Below, in pieces: positions 60,052-64,000 of a stretch of 64,000 nucleotides of DNA. The DNA comes from Candidatus Campbellbacteria bacterium (GTDB lineage: Bacteria > Patescibacteriota > Minisyncoccia > Phycocordibacterales > UBA1006), in assembly GCA_002698305.1 (NCBI GenBank), contig NZWR01000003.1, positions 10,794 to 74,793 of the forward strand, given 5' to 3'. Numbering within the stretch: position 1 is the first letter of the stretch; each line of letters opens with the position of its first letter. The notes beneath the pieces were generated by a model. The model did no database searches and was not told the DNA's origin. It was given only the letters and a program-made list of their open reading frames with translations. The translations under genes were made by a program, and so were the position numbers.

Positions 60052-60063
60052 AAAATTGAAATT

Positions 60064-60100
60064 AAAAAAAACGACCGCTCACGCGGTCGTTATTTTTTTT
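60064..60100. terminator. bidirectional terminator
   Basis: ACGACCGC-tcac-GCGGTCGT flanked by A8 and T8. Confidence 0.8.
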
Positions 60101-60755
60101 GCATTAATGTGAAGACGAGGGTTACTTTGTCTTTTGGGTCAGACTGCGATCCGTAGGTTTCAAATCGCTGATCAACAATATCAAAATGATTCGTAAATGT
60201 TCTTTCAATTTCTTCCTCTGTGAAGAAATGATAGTGAACACCAAATTTTACAAAATTACCGTCAGGTGAACGTGCAACATCAAGCCCCATAAAATTTTGT
60301 GTTTTCCGAGAAAGAGAAATTTTTAAAAAATATGATCCAGATTTCAGAACTCGATATACCTCATCAACATAGGCTGACCATTCATTTTGCTTTAGGTGTT
60401 GAAAGGTTCCAATATCAGTAATAAGATCAAATCCATTATCAACGAATGGAATATCTAAAACATTTCCAACCATGAACCGCGCTCGGTCGGCGTAGCCCTC
60501 ATCTTTGATTTGGGTGTTAACTTTCTGAACAATACTTTCCACGTAATCAATTCCTAAAACCCGGTACCCAAGTCCGACAAGTTTTGCTGCCCATAATCCG
60601 CGGCCAGCACCAATATCAAGAACCAATGAATCCCGTTCCATCCGTGGAATCATTTGCTCTGCCGTGTAGCGATACGGAATATGACTCCAGATATCGCTTC
60701 CGGTTTGGTAGGCGAATTGGAAATATTGTTTTTGAATTTCAGGAGTGTGTTCCAT
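60090..60755 (-). CDS. class I SAM-dependent methyltransferase
   Basis: Motif I VLDIGAGRGLWA, then acidic GIDYV. Confidence 0.8.
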   Translation of the reverse strand: MEHTPEIQKQYFQFAYQTGSDIWSHIPYRYTAEQMIPRMERDSLVLDIGAGRGLWAAKLVGLGYRVLGIDYVESIVQKVNTQIKDEGYADRARFMVGNVLDIPFVDNGFDLITDIGTFQHLKQNEWSAYVDEVYRVLKSGSYFLKISLSRKTQNFMGLDVARSPDGNFVKFGVHYHFFTEEEIERTFTNHFDIVDQRFETYGSQSDPKDKVTLVFTLMQKK

Positions 60756-60843
60756 GTAGTGAAAGTATATCCAAAAAAGATGCAGCTGTCAGGATTTTGG
60801 TTATGAGGTTTTAGAGGTATAGTAAAGAAAATATATAATCACA

Positions 60844-61188
60844 ATGAAAAATATAATCGCATATCTGATTGGATTAATTTGGACATTTGGAGTAGCTGTA
60901 TATGTTTTTATAGAAACTCAAGATATTTCACGAAGTCTTATTCAAGGACTGTCTATATCTACTTTTATTATTGTCTTACTCGTTACCCTAGTGACAAGTT
61001 CATTTTCTTTGAAAGCTGAACGAGAGAAAAATAAAATGAGGGCAATGACTTTAGATCAACTATCTTCTTATTTTCAAGATATTCAACATACAGCTGATTC
61101 AAAAATAGTAGATTACGCAGAACAGTTACTGTATCAAAAAATGGAGATAAATTATGATAATGATTCGGACAAAGAAACAAATGCATAA
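60844..61188 (+). CDS. small membrane protein
   Basis: Two TM helices at the N-terminus. Confidence 0.45.
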   Translation: MKNIIAYLIGLIWTFGVAVYVFIETQDISRSLIQGLSISTFIIVLLVTLVTSSFSLKAEREKNKMRAMTLDQLSSYFQDIQHTADSKIVDYAEQLLYQKMEINYDNDSDKETNA

Positions 61189-61283
61189 TTTTAAAAGGAC
61201 GGCTAAATAGCTGTCCTTTTATCTTGTCTTTTATGCCCTAGAACTTCTTAATATTTTTTATGTGTTACCGTGTTTCACTGTTA

Positions 61284-62195
61284 TTATTTATTATGAAACT
61301 TCTTGTGTACTTCACGCAGTTGTTTGTCGGTTATATGTGTATAGATCTGAGTTGTTGCGATATTGCTATGCCCTAGCATCATTTGGACACTGCGTATGTC
61401 AGCACCGTTTCGCAGTAAATCAGTTGCAAATGAATGTCTAATGGTGTGCGGGGTAACCTTTTTAGCGATACCCGCTTCAATTGCAATTCGTTTCACCAGG
61501 CGTTCCACACTTCGCGGTGTAAGGCGGAGTGAAACATTTTGCTCTTCAAGTTTCACGACTCTAGGGCCTTCCTGGATAAACAGGGCTTCGTCCATGTCGG
61601 TGCGGTTATTCAGATACTCACGGACACTTTCTCGTGCTTTTGGACTTAAAAAGACAATTCTTAATTTGTCTCCTTTTCCACGAATCGTCATCTCGTCCTT
61701 TGAAAGATCTATGTCTCTGTTTAACGAGGTAAGTTCAGAAACACGCAGTCCCGTAGAAAAGAGCATGTGCATGATGGCATAGTTTCGTTGATGCTTTTGC
61801 GCGACATCGAGCATGCGCTGTAATTCAGTAACATCAAGATGATCTATGTGACGAGCTTCTGTTTTAGCCAGTTCAATATTTTCTGGTGAGTACACCTTGT
61901 GACCCTGCTTCATTAAATATTTAAGAAACATACGAAGAGCTATCAGGTAATAATTCTGAGTTCTTTTTTTCATGGTTCCTGACTGCTGGCCTTTTGTCTT
62001 TGCTCCAGGCTGTCGGTTAAGGTGGAGGCGGAATTGGCGGATGCTCTCTGCATCAATAACATCTATTTTTTTGATGCCAGAAAATTCAATATATTTTGAA
62101 ATATATTGTTTATAGTTTCGGACGGTTTTGAGTGACCGCCCTTTTTCAATCTCGAGGTATTCAAGGAATCGTTGTAGTGCTTCATTAATATTCAC
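61284..62195 (-). CDS. tyrosine recombinase, XerC/XerD-like
   Basis: SAM-like N-domain. Catalytic RVSE..., HTIRHSFATDLL, LGHSNIATTQIYTHI. Confidence 0.85.
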   Translation of the reverse strand: MNINEALQRFLEYLEIEKGRSLKTVRNYKQYISKYIEFSGIKKIDVIDAESIRQFRLHLNRQPGAKTKGQQSGTMKKRTQNYYLIALRMFLKYLMKQGHKVYSPENIELAKTEARHIDHLDVTELQRMLDVAQKHQRNYAIMHMLFSTGLRVSELTSLNRDIDLSKDEMTIRGKGDKLRIVFLSPKARESVREYLNNRTDMDEALFIQEGPRVVKLEEQNVSLRLTPRSVERLVKRIAIEAGIAKKVTPHTIRHSFATDLLRNGADIRSVQMMLGHSNIATTQIYTHITDKQLREVHKKFHNK

Positions 62196-62245
62196 AGATT
62201 AATTATATCAAAAATAATGTCGGAAAATTTTGGTATGATATTTTT

Positions 62246-62833
62246 ATGCAAAATAATCCCTCCTCAATTTCACTCACACCACCGAAAATACTTTTGGATG
62301 ATATTGTTTCTCTTGATGTGAAATTTTTCGATTTTAATAAAAAAGAGCAGACAGGAATAATAGAAGTTCACAAAAGTATTGAGCAAGACATCCGCGGGCT
62401 TTTTGATTTGATTCATACGATCAAATTTCCTCTAGAATCAGTACAGCTGATGTCAGATTTTCATTTTGACGATGACGCATCAATGGCGATGAATAATACC
62501 AGCGCATTTAATTTTAGAACGGTGACCCTGAAACCTCATTTAGTATCAAATCATGGCTATGGTGTTGCGATTGATATTAATCCAATGCAAAATCCGTATA
62601 TTAAAAAAGAAAATATTTTTCCGCCTGATGCTGCCTATGATACACATCAATCAGGAACACTCGTTGCAGATGATGAGATTGTTAAATTCATGAAAAGCCG
62701 TGGCTACACCTGGGGCGGTGATTGGGAAAAACCGTATCTTGATTACATGCATTTCCATAAGGAATTACCAGAAGAGTATTTGGAAAAATATCAAGCAGAA
62801 ATTTCTAAAGTTTTACTGAAAAGACAGCAGTAA
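62246..62833 (+). CDS. M15-family (DD-/LD-) metallopeptidase
   Basis: SNHGYGVAIDINP and WGGDW..DYMHF. TGgTATGAT lies 6 nt upstream of the ATG. Confidence 0.65.
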   Translation: MQNNPSSISLTPPKILLDDIVSLDVKFFDFNKKEQTGIIEVHKSIEQDIRGLFDLIHTIKFPLESVQLMSDFHFDDDASMAMNNTSAFNFRTVTLKPHLVSNHGYGVAIDINPMQNPYIKKENIFPPDAAYDTHQSGTLVADDEIVKFMKSRGYTWGGDWEKPYLDYMHFHKELPEEYLEKYQAEISKVLLKRQQ

Positions 62834-62881
62834 CACACTGCAAATTAAAAGCCGTGAACTTTTAGTTCACAGCTTTGGTTT

Positions 62882-63529
62882 TTAATAGGTTTTTATTCCA
62901 TACTTATGCAATTTTTCTTCAATCCATTTCCAGGGTTTTGGTAAGAGTAGTCCCAAAAGTGGAACGGGTGAATCCGGAAAAAAATTAAACCATCGAGAAC
63001 CAGTTTTTCTTCGAACTATTTTGTAAAGAAGCTTACCTTTTTTTGGATTTAGAAGTAAGGCACTTCTCAAGAAAACCTGCCGTGAGCATTTTGAGTTCAA
63101 ATATTTTTTATGAAGCCTTTCATCAAAAAACCATTTGATGTCTCTCTGCTTTCTTATGGTTCTGTATTTTTTCAACATCTTTCTGAAATCATGTCCAAAA
63201 AAATACATACCACCTAATCCTATAGATACGAGCATGCCATGGTGGATCCACCATCCTGGTGCAAGATAGGCAATCAAGAGAATAAAACCGACTGACATGG
63301 TTAAAAGTTTTCTAAAAATAGAAATAGGCTTCCTGCTTGTGAATGGCGTGCCAAACAAGAGTATAAGAGCAAAGATAGTTACTATATGGGTATATGTGGA
63401 TGTGCCGACAATTCCAGCTACAACCATTAAGGCTCCAACTGAAACTAGAAAAACTGGTAAATGGTTTATCCAAAAGATAAACAAAAGCCATTCCTGTATG
63501 TCCATAGGTGGAATATTTTCTTTTTTCAT
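62882..63529 (-). CDS. polytopic membrane protein, unknown function
   Basis: 4-5 TM helices followed by a basic C-terminal region. Confidence 0.5.
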   Translation of the reverse strand: MKKENIPPMDIQEWLLFIFWINHLPVFLVSVGALMVVAGIVGTSTYTHIVTIFALILLFGTPFTSRKPISIFRKLLTMSVGFILLIAYLAPGWWIHHGMLVSIGLGGMYFFGHDFRKMLKKYRTIRKQRDIKWFFDERLHKKYLNSKCSRQVFLRSALLLNPKKGKLLYKIVRRKTGSRWFNFFPDSPVPLLGLLLPKPWKWIEEKLHKYGIKTY

Positions 63530-63637
63530 ATTAATTATTTGTTTTTATTTACATTAAAAGAAATAAGTAATTAGTCAATATTATCTATTAATAATCTTGT
63601 AATAAATGTACATTTTATGTAGCATTACTATAAAGAC

Positions 63638-63689
63638 CTCGATGTGAGTTTACAGCCTATTGCTTTATAGTTTGTAAACTCACATCGAG
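63638..63689 (+). promoter_or_regulatory. 17-bp stem hairpin in the leader of the last gene
   Basis: CTCGATGTGAGTTTACA - 18 nt - TGTAAACTCACATCGAG, about 60 nt upstream of ATG 63751. Confidence 0.45.
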
Positions 63690-63750
63690 AACCTTTGTGG
63701 GTTGGAACGAGCCCCCAAGGTGGCTTACAATTTAATTTAAATTTTTTATT

Positions 63751-64000
63751 ATGAAAAATTATTTTTTTTCTTTTGTAATGGTTGCACTATTCATTGGCGT
63801 AACCTCATTTGTTTCATCTGATAGTGTAGATAAAACAACCGCAACAGTACTAACGTTCAATGTAGAAGCAGGCACTGTTGATTGTGAAACTCACGAACAT
63901 ACCGGTAGGTGTATTCATAATGGGGGTGGCGGAATTTGTGCATATGGTTGTGAATATGGACACATAGAGTACGTAAAATATGCCATACTTGATTTTTTAG
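63751..64000 (+). CDS. exported Cys/His/Gly-rich protein, 5' part (runs off right edge)
   Basis: Own translation: MKNYFFSFVMVALFIGVTSFVSSDSVDKTTATVLTFNVEAGTVDCETHEHTGRCIHNGGGGICAYGCEYGHIEY... No stop before the window end. Confidence 0.55.
   Translation, partial: MKNYFFSFVMVALFIGVTSFVSSDSVDKTTATVLTFNVEAGTVDCETHEHTGRCIHNGGGGICAYGCEYGHIEYVKYAILDFL

Noticed and set aside
61284-62195. XerC/D-like recombinase as the integrase of the tRNA-Gly array or of a mobile element here
   Set aside because: It is 15 kb from the array and flanked by ordinary genes with no repeats that I could see. Its size (303 aa) and motifs fit a chromosomal Xer dimer-resolution recombinase. It remains a candidate only in trans.
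1-64000. Alternative genetic code (UGA recoding, as in some candidate phyla)
   Set aside because: Conserved genes (dnaA, ruvB, clpP, PBP1A, virB4 and others) are intact and full-length under the standard code. No recoding is needed.

Overview
AT-rich 64-kb chromosomal window read with the standard bacterial code. It is densely packed and almost every gene ends in a short A/T-flanked hairpin terminator. Inferred source: an ultra-small Patescibacteria/CPR-like bacterium. The inference rests on origin-proximal housekeeping genes in reduced versions, giant surface proteins, a Gram-positive-type T4SS-like locus, an orphan PilB ATPase, and tRNAs without encoded CCA alongside a CCA-adding enzyme.

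Layout:
- 1-20.3 kb: polA (5' end), tsaE, four secreted or membrane-anchored surface proteins each with its own TTGACA promoter, pilB-like ATPase, a promoter-to-terminator ~200-nt sRNA candidate, ruvB, yebC, PBP1A, ruvC, dnaN, dnaA, then divergent rpmH-rnpA-yidC-jag. This is the likely oriC neighbourhood.
- 20.3-37.3 kb: an almost uninterrupted minus-strand block encoding a minimal T4SS-like apparatus (VirB4, PrgI/VirB3-like, VirB6-like, a VirB2-like TM hairpin fused to an M15 cell-wall peptidase) plus several very large secreted proteins. It is interrupted by a GIY-YIG nuclease mini-cassette bracketed by perfect palindromes.
- 37.4-41 kb: ppa, a trigger factor lacking its PPIase domain, clpP, hup.
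- 41-46.2 kb: a tRNA-like minihelix RNA and tRNA-Gly, followed by four small gene modules separated by a repeated ~140-bp inverted-repeat junction element. One junction carries a tRNA-Gly 3'-end remnant.
- 46.2-48.6 kb: a Zur/Fur-type metal regulon with palindromic operators.
- 48.7-64 kb: mixed housekeeping and hypothetical genes, tRNA-Pro, tRNA-Arg, and a cluster of parS-like palindromes in and around a yraN-like gene.

A window-wide pattern is a TATACT-type -10 box 6-7 nt upstream of many start codons, which suggests leaderless mRNAs. I saw no rRNA, CRISPR array, transposase or prophage. All calls come from reading the sequence and the ORF track by eye; no database search was possible.
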